A stretch of DNA of 64,000 nt from Armatimonadota bacterium. GTDB lineage: Bacteria > Armatimonadota > SYMT01 > JACQGL01. Positions 1-8,496 of this stretch are shown one piece after another. The first letter of the stretch is position 1. Each line of letters starts with the position of its first letter. The DNA is taken from contig JACQGL010000048.1 in assembly GCA_016199525.1 (NCBI GenBank), positions 630 to 64,629 on the forward strand. Direction: 5' to 3'. The translations under genes and the position numbers were made by a program. The notes beneath the pieces are model-generated. The model was not told the origin of the DNA and ran no database searches. It was given only the letters and a program-made list of their open reading frames with translations.

Positions 1-1037
1 TCCCACTCGGCCAGCACCCAGTCGGTCTCCTCGTCCCGACCCTTGAGGTAGCGGATGGCAGTCTCCAGGTAGCGACGCTGGAGGTCCACCGCGGGGATGG
101 TCTGGCCATCCGCCCGGCGGGCGAGCCACTGCCAGGCAGGGTCCCGCGAGATCGATTTCAGGGTCTGAATCGGGTCCGCCAGGCGCACGTCCGCCGGCGC
201 CAGATCTTCTTCCACCAGATCCAGCACCAGGCAGGTGGTCCCGACCTTCAGCGCCGTGGCGTAGTCGCTCCGGTTGGCCTCGCCAAAGAGCAAGTGCAGC
301 CGATGGAGGTTGCTGAAGTTGTAGTAGCTATCCCACTTGGGGTTGATGATCGCGCGGTTGAAGCGGACCTTGGAGGCGACGGTCTTCAGGATGTGGTCTG
401 CCCGCTGGGAGAGCTGAAAATCGACCGTCTTGTCGATCTCCACGCCGTAGAAGTTGTGGACCCAGATGTAGTCCACCTCATGCTCCCCCAGCCGTACAAC
501 GTTATTACGAAAGTCCGTGCGGTTGAGGCGGTGGCCGCCTACGCGGCCGGCGCCCGCGAACAGCTGGCGGGTGACCAGGAACGGGAGCAGATAGCTAACG
601 GCGTCTTTGAAGAAATCCTCATCCAGCCGCGCCAGGTAGTTCTCGTGGCAGCCGAAGGTGTGCCCGCCGAAGTGGTCCACGCTGTTGTTGTGGAAGCTCA
701 CCCCCTGGGCGAGGCCCATGTCGTCGAGCGCTCTCTGAAGGAGGCGCAGGCCGGCGCGCTCGTGAGCGGCAATCTCGAAGATGCTGGAGCACTCCGCGGT
801 AGCGTATTCCTCGTGGCTGCCGACGGCATCAATGTAGAGGCGGCCGCCGTTCAGCAAGAACCCCCCCGCACGGGCGGGCTCAAAGGTGTAATCGCGGGCG
901 TGGAGGTCGATCACGCCCATGCGCTGCTGGCAGAAGACGTAGTTCTTCACGTCCTCCACCACTGTTTCGCTGGTGCCCGCCACCGGATCGCGCACCAGGC
1001 ATCCGAACTCGGTTTCAATCCCGAAGATGCGCTGCAT
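1..1037 (-). CDS. pafA: PafA-like Pup/UBact ligase, N-terminal ~345 aa; the gene runs off the window start
   Basis: Absent from the ORF track because it is truncated by the window edge. Hand translation from ATG at 1037 gives MQRIFGIETEFGCLVRDPVAGTSET. Near position 1 it reads ..EETDWVLAEW. It is paralogous to the Dop-like ORF at 3231-4754 (LGLETEYG, AETDGILAEW). It sits downstream of prcBA, as pafA does in Pup-proteasome loci. Confidence 0.85.
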   Translation of the reverse strand, partial: MQRIFGIETEFGCLVRDPVAGTSETVVEDVKNYVFCQQRMGVIDLHARDYTFEPARAGGFLLNGGRLYIDAVGSHEEYATAECSSIFEIAAHERAGLRLLQRALDDMGLAQGVSFHNNSVDHFGGHTFGCHENYLARLDEDFFKDAVSYLLPFLVTRQLFAGAGRVGGHRLNRTDFRNNVVRLGEHEVDYIWVHNFYGVEIDKTVDFQLSQRADHILKTVASKVRFNRAIINPKWDSYYNFSNLHRLHLLFGEANRSDYATALKVGTTCLVLDLVEEDLAPADVRLADPIQTLKSISRDPAWQWLARRADGQTIPAVDLQRRYLETAIRYLKGRDEETDWVLAEW

Positions 1038-1212
1038 CACGGCGCTATTACTCCACCTTGCGGGAGGGCCATTCCGGCCGGGAGGGCTTCAGGCATTCAG
1101 GTGTTGGATATTCAGGGAGTAGCCAGGCAAGTATTGAAGCCCGGAACGCCTGCCTCCCCTACCGATATAATTCTCCTTCGGCCGGTTTATTCCGGCCCGT
1201 AGATCGCGCCAC

Positions 1213-1989
1213 TTATTCCGCGCCCCGACGATAGTCGGCGACCGCAGGCTCCAGCTCGGCACGGGCGAGCAATCGAAACCGGCTCTCGCGGCGGGAGTGC
1301 CGCTCCAGCAGAGCCGCTTCCAGCGTGCCGGTTGCCAGGGCGTCCTGGAGCACCGCAGCGGCATCACTTGGGCGGGCCGCTTCCTCGTCATCAGGGGCCC
1401 GGCGGGCATGGAGGCGACCCACCGCCCAGGCCTCCAGCGCCAGCCGGAGAGCGGCTTCGCGGCGGGTAGCCTGGTCCACGTGCGCGTGGAGCAGCGCCAG
1501 CATCCGGTTTTCTGCTTCAGAGGCGCCCGCCGCCACGGCATAGAGCGTCTCGCGGCGAAACTCGCCGTCGTAGTTCAGGGTGAAGAACTGATCCGCAGCG
1601 GGAAAATCGCCCAGCTCCGCGAACAGCCCCCGGAACACGAACGGGGCGGAGAAGGGATCTGCGAACGCTCGCTTGATCGCGGGGCTGAGCACTGAGCCTA
1701 CCAGGCGATGGGCGGTCACATCGTCGGGGCTGCGCTGATAACCCTCCCGGTGCGCGAAGTCGATGGCCGCCATGCGCGCCGCTTCCAGGTCCGACTGGTT
1801 GCCAATGCCCCCAAACATCAGACGGTCGTAGATCTCGAAGAGCTTACGCTGGGTCCGGTGCACGGTCACCATCAGTACGCCGTCGGGCAGGCTGAGGGCT
1901 ACCACGGGGCTTCCGTCCCGGAGCCGCTCCTCGATGTAGTCCATCCGCTGCTGGACGGCCTGGTTCCAGTCATAAGGGGTGAATGCCAT
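1213..1989 (-). CDS. prcA: 20S proteasome alpha subunit
   Basis: 258 aa. MAFTPYDWNQAVQQRMDYIEERL..GSPVVAL..LFEIYDRLMFGGIGN is typical of bacterial PrcA. It lies directly downstream of the beta subunit. Confidence 0.9.
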   Translation of the reverse strand: MAFTPYDWNQAVQQRMDYIEERLRDGSPVVALSLPDGVLMVTVHRTQRKLFEIYDRLMFGGIGNQSDLEAARMAAIDFAHREGYQRSPDDVTAHRLVGSVLSPAIKRAFADPFSAPFVFRGLFAELGDFPAADQFFTLNYDGEFRRETLYAVAAGASEAENRMLALLHAHVDQATRREAALRLALEAWAVGRLHARRAPDDEEAARPSDAAAVLQDALATGTLEAALLERHSRRESRFRLLARAELEPAVADYRRGAE

Positions 1990-2079
1990 ACTGGTTTAGG
2001 GTTCTTGGTTCATCGTTTCAGGTCGGTGGTTGGCGAGGTCAGGCGATGTATATGGGTGTGTTCTTCGCCCTGCAGGCAG

Positions 2080-2099
2080 GCCCCGAAAGTGTTCGGGGC
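2080..2099. repeat. GC-clamped palindromic hairpin, CCCGAAAG..TTCGGG family (intergenic prcB-prcA)
   Basis: GCCCCGAAAGTGTTCGGGGC: an 8-bp stem with a 4-nt loop. Confidence 0.5.
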
Positions 2100-2137
2100 A
2101 GGCCATACGGCCCGTAGGGATGTCTGCGCTCCCTGCT

Positions 2138-2971
2138 CTACGCCTCACCCTCCGCCCTCCGCCTTCCACCCTCGGCTACCTCCGCCACGGCCTGGCGCAT
2201 CACGTCTATCCCGATATCCACAATCCCCTCGCGGGTGATCGCCCGTGCGATAGGCAGCACCTTGGTGAAGCCGCCGGTGGCGGCGTCCAGATCCGCGGCA
2301 ATATCCAGGAGGATCAGGCACTCCCGCAGGGCCTCGGCCAGCGTCATGGCGCGGAACGGCTTGCGGGTGCGAATGATGTAATCGAACGCGCCGCGGATCC
2401 GTTCCGACCCGGAGCCGGCGGCGCCGAACTCCGCCGTCTCGAAGCGCGCGCCCATCCCATCGTAGAAGAAGATACGCCCTTCGTTGGTCTTCGGATCGTA
2501 GGCGCTGGTGATCGGTAGGAAGGCCCCGATTCCCTGGAGCGCCATCGGCAGGTTTCCGGCGATCGCCCGCGAAACCTCGCTGATCTTCCCCTCCAGGCTC
2601 ATCTCCTGCATCTCGGTGCGTCGGTAGTACTTGAACGCGTGCTGAAGGTAGCGCGCAATCTCCATCCCCCGCGCGAACGAGCCGGAAATGGCCATCAGCG
2701 TGTAGTCATCGAGGGTGATCACCTTCTCGGCACGGTCGAACATCACCGCCATGTTGGCAGTGGCACGGCGGTCACCCAGGTTCAGGACGCCCTCGTTATA
2801 CTTGACGGCGATAACGGTGGTACCGTGTGTGTCCACCACCTCCCCCGCCGTCGGGGAAGATCCCGGGGGGAGTGACGGCACAAGATCGCCCACCAGGTCC
2901 GCAAAGCGCCGCGCCGACGGCGGCCACGGCAGACTTCTTCCGCCGGCTCTGTAATCCTGAATATCGTGCAT
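2138..2971 (-). CDS. prcB: 20S proteasome beta subunit with N-terminal propeptide
   Basis: 277 aa. About 55 aa of propeptide are followed by HG|TTVIAVKYNEGVLNLGDRRAT, giving an Ntn-hydrolase active-site Thr after autoprocessing. Confidence 0.9.
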   Translation of the reverse strand: MHDIQDYRAGGRSLPWPPSARRFADLVGDLVPSLPPGSSPTAGEVVDTHGTTVIAVKYNEGVLNLGDRRATANMAVMFDRAEKVITLDDYTLMAISGSFARGMEIARYLQHAFKYYRRTEMQEMSLEGKISEVSRAIAGNLPMALQGIGAFLPITSAYDPKTNEGRIFFYDGMGARFETAEFGAAGSGSERIRGAFDYIIRTRKPFRAMTLAEALRECLILLDIAADLDAATGGFTKVLPIARAITREGIVDIGIDVMRQAVAEVAEGGRRRAEGEA

Positions 2972-3055
2972 CGCGAAGAGGCTCCGTCGCCACGGGGCGC
3001 AGCGGCCGGGGCGCCATGCCCCGGCCGCGGTTAGAACAGGGCACGCCCGCGCGCA

Positions 3056-3244
3056 CTACTGGCCGCTACGCTGCCGGTAACGGCGCGCCTGGTCGGGATC
3101 TACCCGCCGCATGCGGCGCAGCAGATCGCTTGGGTCCGGCCGGCGGACGTCCGGAGGCTTCGGCCCGCCTTCATCGGCGGGCTTGGTCCACGGCTCGCGC
3201 GGCACCGGCCGCTGGGTCCGTTCTTCTCCTCTAATTTCCAGCAT
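3056..3244 (-). CDS. pup: Prokaryotic ubiquitin-like modifier of the Pup/UBact type, 62 aa
   Basis: Small ORF located between dop and prcB. It ends ..DPDQARRYRQRSGQ with a C-terminal Gln. GGAGGG lies 8 nt upstream of the ATG at 3244. The start overlaps the dop stop by 14 nt. It lacks the acidic character and GGQ end of actinobacterial Pup and matches my recollection of the UBact C-terminus (R-S/T-G-E/Q). Confidence 0.8.
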   Translation of the reverse strand: MLEIRGEERTQRPVPREPWTKPADEGGPKPPDVRRPDPSDLLRRMRRVDPDQARRYRQRSGQ

Positions 3245-4754
3245 CTTTTTTCCCTCCCCTCACCAGCTCGATCCACTCGGCCAGTGTCGCCGCTTCCGGC
3301 AGGCGACGGTTCAAATGGACGACCTTCCCATCCACCAGGGCGCGCAGATCCACCCAGTGCGTCCGCTCCTCAACGCGCAGACCGATCCGCCCCCACCCGA
3401 TCCGCTGAACGGCGGTCCCGAACCGTCGGACGCAATCCCCACGCACATAGGCGCGCGTATCCGCGGGTGGCTGCACCAGTGCGCTCTGGATGTCCGTTTC
3501 TTCGACCACGCGCCGCAGACGACCTTCTTCCACCAGGGCCGCGTGCAGGCCGTAATCGGGATCGATATTGTGGTACTCCAGGTCCAGGCTGCGCAGGAGC
3601 TCGCCCTCCCACGAAAGGTGCTCGGCCTCAAGATAAGTTTCCAACAAAACGCGCTTCGCCGCCCAATCGAGCCGATCCGCGGTGGACAGCGGATTGGCGT
3701 CAAGATCATCCAGCACCCGCGCCCACTCGGCCAGAATCCCATCCGTTTCCGCGTCCGCGCCCGCGAAGCAGCGGCGCGCCTCCGAGAGGTAGAGGCGCTG
3801 AAGATCGGTGGCGCGCATGGTGCGCCCGTCCTCTCGCTCCACCAGCCAGCGGTATTCGGGATCGCGCGACAGGCGACGGATGGCCTCTGTGGGCCGGCGC
3901 ACGCGGAAGAGCGGCTGCCACCCCAGCTCACACAACGCCAGCACCAGGGAAGTGCTGCCCACCTTCAGGGCGGTGGCAAACTCGGAAAGATTGGCGTCCC
4001 CGCAGATCACGTGCAGCCGCAGGTAACGCTGCGGATCGGCGTGCGGCTCGTCACGCGTGTTCAGGAGCGGCCGGCGATGGAGGGTGTCCACACTGGCCTC
4101 TTCGGTGAAGAAATCCGCCCGCTGGGAGAGCTGGTAGGGCGTTTCCGGCCAGGGGCCGTCCGTCTCGACTCCCACCTTGCCCGCGCCGGTAAAAATCGTA
4201 CGCGTCACGAAGAACGGCACGAGAGCAGCGTGGAGCCGTTCGAACGGGACGTCCCGCGGCACGAGGTAATCCTCGTGGCAGCCATAGGACATCCCGTGGA
4301 AATCCGTATTATTCTTGTAAATCTGGATGTGGGACCCGGTTTCCTGGCTGCGGCGGCGGGCGCAGGCGAGGACGATCCGCTCGCCCGCCCGGTCGTGCGC
4401 CACAAGGTCACGCAGCGTGAGGCACTCGGGCGTGGCATATTCGGGGTGGCCGTGATCGTTGTATAGTCGCGCGCCGTTGGTGAGCACCCGGTCGCTCCGC
4501 TGCTCCTCATGGGAAACGGCCGGCCGGCCGGGGTGATCGTAAAGTGCGTCCTGCGGATTGCTGGCCAGCTGGTCCACACGGAAACCGCGCAAGTCGCGGC
4601 GGGGGTCCTCGCAGCGGTAATCCCAGGGGCCGGCGCAGGTTCCCGCGTAGGCGCGCACCACGGCGCGGGCCTCGTCCAGCAGATCTGCGGCCCCCTTGCC
4701 TTCCACATGAATCCCGTATTCGGTTTCCAGGCCCAGTAAGCGCGCGGGAAACAT
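3231..4754 (-). CDS. dop: Dop-like deamidase/depupylase (Pup-ligase/deamidase family)
   Basis: 507 aa. MFPARLLGLETEYGIHVEG.., ..ARLYNDHGHPEYATPEC.. It lies immediately upstream of the modifier gene, as dop does in Mycobacterium. The Dop versus PafA assignment is by position only. Confidence 0.85.
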   Translation of the reverse strand: MFPARLLGLETEYGIHVEGKGAADLLDEARAVVRAYAGTCAGPWDYRCEDPRRDLRGFRVDQLASNPQDALYDHPGRPAVSHEEQRSDRVLTNGARLYNDHGHPEYATPECLTLRDLVAHDRAGERIVLACARRRSQETGSHIQIYKNNTDFHGMSYGCHEDYLVPRDVPFERLHAALVPFFVTRTIFTGAGKVGVETDGPWPETPYQLSQRADFFTEEASVDTLHRRPLLNTRDEPHADPQRYLRLHVICGDANLSEFATALKVGSTSLVLALCELGWQPLFRVRRPTEAIRRLSRDPEYRWLVEREDGRTMRATDLQRLYLSEARRCFAGADAETDGILAEWARVLDDLDANPLSTADRLDWAAKRVLLETYLEAEHLSWEGELLRSLDLEYHNIDPDYGLHAALVEEGRLRRVVEETDIQSALVQPPADTRAYVRGDCVRRFGTAVQRIGWGRIGLRVEERTHWVDLRALVDGKVVHLNRRLPEAATLAEWIELVRGGKKDAGN

Positions 4755-4794
4755 ACTCTTCAGGAACGCGGGCGGCCGACGGGCGCCCTACTGA

Positions 4795-4800
4795 AGTATA
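4795..4800 (-). promoter_or_regulatory. Candidate -10 element (TATACT) for dop-pup-prcBA
   Basis: Read on the minus strand: GGGCAGTATACTTCAG, about 40 nt upstream of the dop ATG, inside the 356-nt gap after the TPR gene. This is hexamer resemblance only. Confidence 0.25.
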
Positions 4801-5110
4801 CTGCCCGCGCATAGAGAACGCACGCAGAATGGGGAGGCCAGTGCCGCAAAGCACAAGCGAGCGACCAGGGGCTGGCAGCCTTATAGAGCGTCGGGATTGT
4901 GCGTGACAGGGCTGATCAGATCCATAACGGACCGCTTCCGGCGGGCGCCGTCCGCGAGGACTATTGGTGGCAAGTGTCCAGGCCCTCGTGTAGAGCTGCG
5001 GGGCCCTGGCAGCATGAGCGACGAAGGACGCGTGACCCCGCCGACGCAGGTCCCGTAGTCCGAGTTCCTAGCCTCGGACGTAGCAGGACGCCTGCTTGGT
5101 CGCTTAAGGT

Positions 5111-6142
5111 TCACGGCACTGCCTGGTTCAGCTTGCGCTGCGCCCTTACCTTTGCTTCCTCGTCGTTCAGTGTCAGTACCCTTGCCCACAACTCTCGCGC
5201 CCCGGTAGTGTCACCGGCTTCATCCAGAGCTGCGCCCAGCTCATAACAATACTCGCCATTCTCGGGATCAAGCTCGACGGCTTTTCGTAATTCGGAGAGC
5301 GCCTCCTCTACCTGACCCTTGTCCTTCAGCAGCCGCCCAAGCCTGTAGTGTGGTAGTTCCCTGAAGTACCCGAAGTACTCTATGCACTCACTCGGCTCCA
5401 GAATGATCTCTTCGTCCGGGATAGCAATAGCCGAACGATAGGCTGCCATTGCCTCGTCCTTGCGCTGGGCATCCTCCAGGGCCTCACCCAAGTTGTAGTA
5501 TGCATGAAAATGGGTAGGGTCCAAACGGATCGCCTCACGGTAGGCCGCTATCGCTTCGTTCAGCTCGCCGGCATCATGATAGGCGCCACCGAGGTTGAGG
5601 TACCAGTCTGGATTGGAAGGGTCCAGTTGAACGGCCTCACGGTGTTCCGCAATCGCCTCCTCGAAATGGCCTGACTGCCTGAGAGCAAGACCCAGACGAT
5701 GATGCGTCCAGGGATCGGCTGGATCAGCACGAACCATCTCCCGGAATACAACGATAGCCTCACCAAGCTTGCCCGCTTTTTCCAATGCCCAACCCAGTTG
5801 GAGTAGTAATTCTGGTTTATCGGGATTAAGTCTAATCGCTTCCCGATACTCACGCACTGCGTCCTCTAGTTGGCCGCTTTCGGAGAGAGCAAAACCAATT
5901 CGAAGATGGCCCAGCTCCAGCTCCGGTTGGTCAGGATCAAGCTTGATTGCTTTGCGATACTCGTCGAGTGCCTCCTCACGGCGATCGACTACATACAGAA
6001 TGTTAGCAAGTCGAATGTGGGCCAGTGCCAGCTCCGGTTTCAAACGACTGGCCTCCTGTAGCTCGGTGATCGCCTCCACCAGCCGATTCTCTTCCATCAA
6101 GTCGGCGGCGCGTCTCAAGTACTCATCATAGGGATCGGTCAT
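5111..6142 (-). CDS. Tetratricopeptide-repeat (TPR) protein
   Basis: 343 aa built of tandem ~34-aa repeats (..EEAIxxYREAIRLDPxxxxAxxNLGxAL..). GC content is visibly lower than in its neighbours. Confidence 0.85.
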   Translation of the reverse strand: MTDPYDEYLRRAADLMEENRLVEAITELQEASRLKPELALAHIRLANILYVVDRREEALDEYRKAIKLDPDQPELELGHLRIGFALSESGQLEDAVREYREAIRLNPDKPELLLQLGWALEKAGKLGEAIVVFREMVRADPADPWTHHRLGLALRQSGHFEEAIAEHREAVQLDPSNPDWYLNLGGAYHDAGELNEAIAAYREAIRLDPTHFHAYYNLGEALEDAQRKDEAMAAYRSAIAIPDEEIILEPSECIEYFGYFRELPHYRLGRLLKDKGQVEEALSELRKAVELDPENGEYCYELGAALDEAGDTTGARELWARVLTLNDEEAKVRAQRKLNQAVP

Positions 6143-6169
6143 AGTTATAAAACATAGCCGCTTTGCAGG

Positions 6170-6455
6170 CTACATCGATACATACTGCGGACCCAATGCG
6201 CTGCGCCGCCTCTGTAAGCCTGGCGCTTGTACGGTTTGCAGCTGGGTATCAACCAAACGCCACAACAGCCCGCCTGGGGCCCAGCGCTGGGTCTGCTGAT
6301 AAACCGTCTCCCAGGGCGGTCCCGAAAGCTTTCGGGATGCGGCATCATCCTCCAGGAGGCGCCTCCTCGCGGACGAGGGCCAGATACGGGGCCACAAAAG
6401 CCCACTCTTCGTTACTTACATCACTCGGGTGAGGTTTACGGGTCAGTTTCGGCAT
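6170..6455 (-). pseudogene. Truncated and frameshifted IS5-family transposase remnant (DUF4096-type N-terminus only)
   Basis: Hand translation from ATG at 6455 gives MPKLTRKPHPSDVSNEEWAFVAPYLALVREEAPPGG*. A second frame then reads ..SGPPWETVYQQTQRWAPGGLLWRL... These are the conserved N-terminal motifs of IS5/IS4-like DDE transposases. The DDE catalytic domain is missing. Confidence 0.6.
6320..6337. repeat. Perfect 18-nt palindrome of the same family (inside the IS remnant)
   Basis: TCCCGAAAGCTTTCGGGA. The 17-mer CCCGAAAGCTTTCGGGA recurs exactly at 55239-55255. Confidence 0.5.
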
Positions 6456-6750
6456 GCCCACATACTACCATCCCGAACCCAGAGTTCATAACACCCTTCA
6501 GGGCGTGGCTCAGGGCAGCTTCTGACTCCTGCACTCTGTCTAAGTAGCAGCTCAAAAGTCCTCGCAGGCGGCTGGCCCGCCCGTAGGCGCGACCGGCCGC
6601 AAAGACTTCTGACCACCTACTTAGTGCACGTAGCCTGAACCCGGGCTGTGTATCATCGTCGAGGAACTGGAGGACTTCGGGGGTTATCATCGGCGACGGC
6701 TAAGGTGATCGTAACACACGGCCCCGGCCGCGGTACTGCTGCCAAGACGG

Positions 6751-8496
6751 CTACACCACTCCCCGGCGGGGGTTTGGGCCGGAGCGATCTGCGCGGATCG
6801 GCCGCACAGTTACCACGTTCTCCGGCTCGTAATCCAGCAGCTTCAGCCAGTCCTCCTGGGTATCGGACTTAGGGAAGATCTCGTTCTCTTTGTACTCCAG
6901 CCGGATGGCACGCTGGAGGTCCTCCAGGCTAACCCCTTCCTCCAGGTTGCCGGTGTCTATCGCCCGGCGAATAGCCAGGTCCTTGGCACGCTCCACCACG
7001 GACATCAGCAGCGCCCCCGAGGTGAGGTTCCGCCAGTAGAGCCGCTCCACACTGCCGTTGCGCAGGTGCACCTCCACGAACTCTGTTTCCTCCTCGCGCC
7101 GCCAGAGGTAGCGGATCGCCTCCTCGATCAGGGCCTCCCGCGCCGCCTCGGGGCCGCCGTGCTTGCGGACGGCAGCGGCATCCAGGGGGATCTGCGGGTG
7201 CAGGTAGATGCCCAGGATTTCTTTGCTGGCCCTCCGGTCCGGCCGCCCCACCTTTGCCTTGCGATCGATCCGCCCCGGCCGGAGGATGGCAGGGTCGATA
7301 TAGTCCGGGCGGTTGGAGGTGAGCAGCACGACGACGTTCTCCAGGGAAACCAGGCCGTCCATCTCCGCCGCGAACTGGGGCACCACGGTGTTGGAGATAT
7401 TCAGCCACCGGCCGGAGCTGCGCGTCCGCAGCAAAGATTCCGCCTCGTCGATAAACACGAAGACGAGGTAGCCTTCGCGCGCCTTCTCGCGCGCCTGGGC
7501 AAAGATCTCCCGCACCATGCGCTCGCTTTCTCCGAGCCACATGTTGAGGATCTTCGGGCCGCTGATGTACATGAAGTACTCTTTAACCTCGCGGCCGTGG
7601 CGCTGACCATACTCGCGCGTGAGGTTGTAAGCGGTCGCCTTGCCGATCAGCGTCTTACCGCAGCCCGGGGGACCGTAGAGAAGGATCCCTTTGAGCGGCT
7701 TCTTTTCGAAGCGGGCGTAGAGTTCGGGGTGCAGCAGAGGGAGCTCGATGGTATCCCGAATCAGCTGGATGACCTCTTCCTGGCCGCCCACCTTCTCCCA
7801 GGGGATGTCGGGCACTTCCTCCAGGTAGTAATTGCGGATTTCTCGCTGCGGGAAGTGCTCCAGCGCCACGCGGAAGCAGGGATCCATCCGTATCTCGTCC
7901 GCCACTTTGAGAGGGGTATCGGCCAGATCGGCGCTGCGCACCACCACCCGGCCGCTCTGCCCCATTGCATCCAGAGAGACGCGCAGTCGCCCACCCTCCA
8001 GGAGCTCGGCAATCTTGACGATGGGGCCCTGCGTGGCATAGCCCAGGTCCCCGACAATGGCGTAGGCGTCGTTCAGCTTGATGCGCGTACCCACCTTGAG
8101 GGAAGCGGCGTTCAGCTTGGGGTCGATATTACTGATGAATTCCACATCCCCCAGCGCGACGCTGGCGACGCTCTCTTCTAGCAGCCCAAGGAACGTGCCC
8201 ACGCGGTTGGCCGGCGAGGTGAGTTTCTGGTAAGCTTCCTCATATTCGGCGATCAGCTTTTGCGCTTCCTGAAACTGCCGCTCGTCCACCTCCAGCTGGT
8301 GGCGTAGCAGCAACAGGTACTGGCGCACCCGCGGGTCTTCGTTGGTGGCAGATTGAAGAATGCGATCCAGCAGGCTGAGCGCGCGGAAGGCGGTCTCCGG
8401 ACCACGGGGGCCCGCCTCATCTTCCTGCCACCAGGCGCTGTGGCGCTCTTCACGGGGATCGCGCGGCTCGTGGTAGCGATCATCTCGCTTGGACAC
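6751..8496 (-). CDS. mpa: Proteasome-associated AAA+ ATPase (Mpa/ARC)
   Basis: 581 aa with a GTG start. It has an N-terminal coiled coil (QFQEAQKLIAEYEEAYQKL), an OB-like region and Walker A GPPGCGKTLIGKA, followed by ..FIDEAESL.. and ..SNRPDYIDPAILRPGRIDRK. Confidence 0.9.
   Translation of the reverse strand: MSKRDDRYHEPRDPREERHSAWWQEDEAGPRGPETAFRALSLLDRILQSATNEDPRVRQYLLLLRHQLEVDERQFQEAQKLIAEYEEAYQKLTSPANRVGTFLGLLEESVASVALGDVEFISNIDPKLNAASLKVGTRIKLNDAYAIVGDLGYATQGPIVKIAELLEGGRLRVSLDAMGQSGRVVVRSADLADTPLKVADEIRMDPCFRVALEHFPQREIRNYYLEEVPDIPWEKVGGQEEVIQLIRDTIELPLLHPELYARFEKKPLKGILLYGPPGCGKTLIGKATAYNLTREYGQRHGREVKEYFMYISGPKILNMWLGESERMVREIFAQAREKAREGYLVFVFIDEAESLLRTRSSGRWLNISNTVVPQFAAEMDGLVSLENVVVLLTSNRPDYIDPAILRPGRIDRKAKVGRPDRRASKEILGIYLHPQIPLDAAAVRKHGGPEAAREALIEEAIRYLWRREEETEFVEVHLRNGSVERLYWRNLTSGALLMSVVERAKDLAIRRAIDTGNLEEGVSLEDLQRAIRLEYKENEIFPKSDTQEDWLKLLDYEPENVVTVRPIRADRSGPNPRRGVV

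Noticed and set aside
294-1202. 302-aa (+) ORF at the window start
   Set aside because: It is antisense to the truncated pafA gene, whose translation is clearly homologous to the Dop-like paralog.
3111-4466. 451-aa (+) ORF and nested ORFs across 3284-4108
   Set aside because: They are antisense to dop and have an Arg/Pro-rich, non-protein-like composition.
6436-6690. 84-aa minus-strand ORF between the IS remnant and mpa
   Set aside because: It overlaps the start of the transposase remnant and has no motif or SD. It is probably residual IS-flanking sequence.
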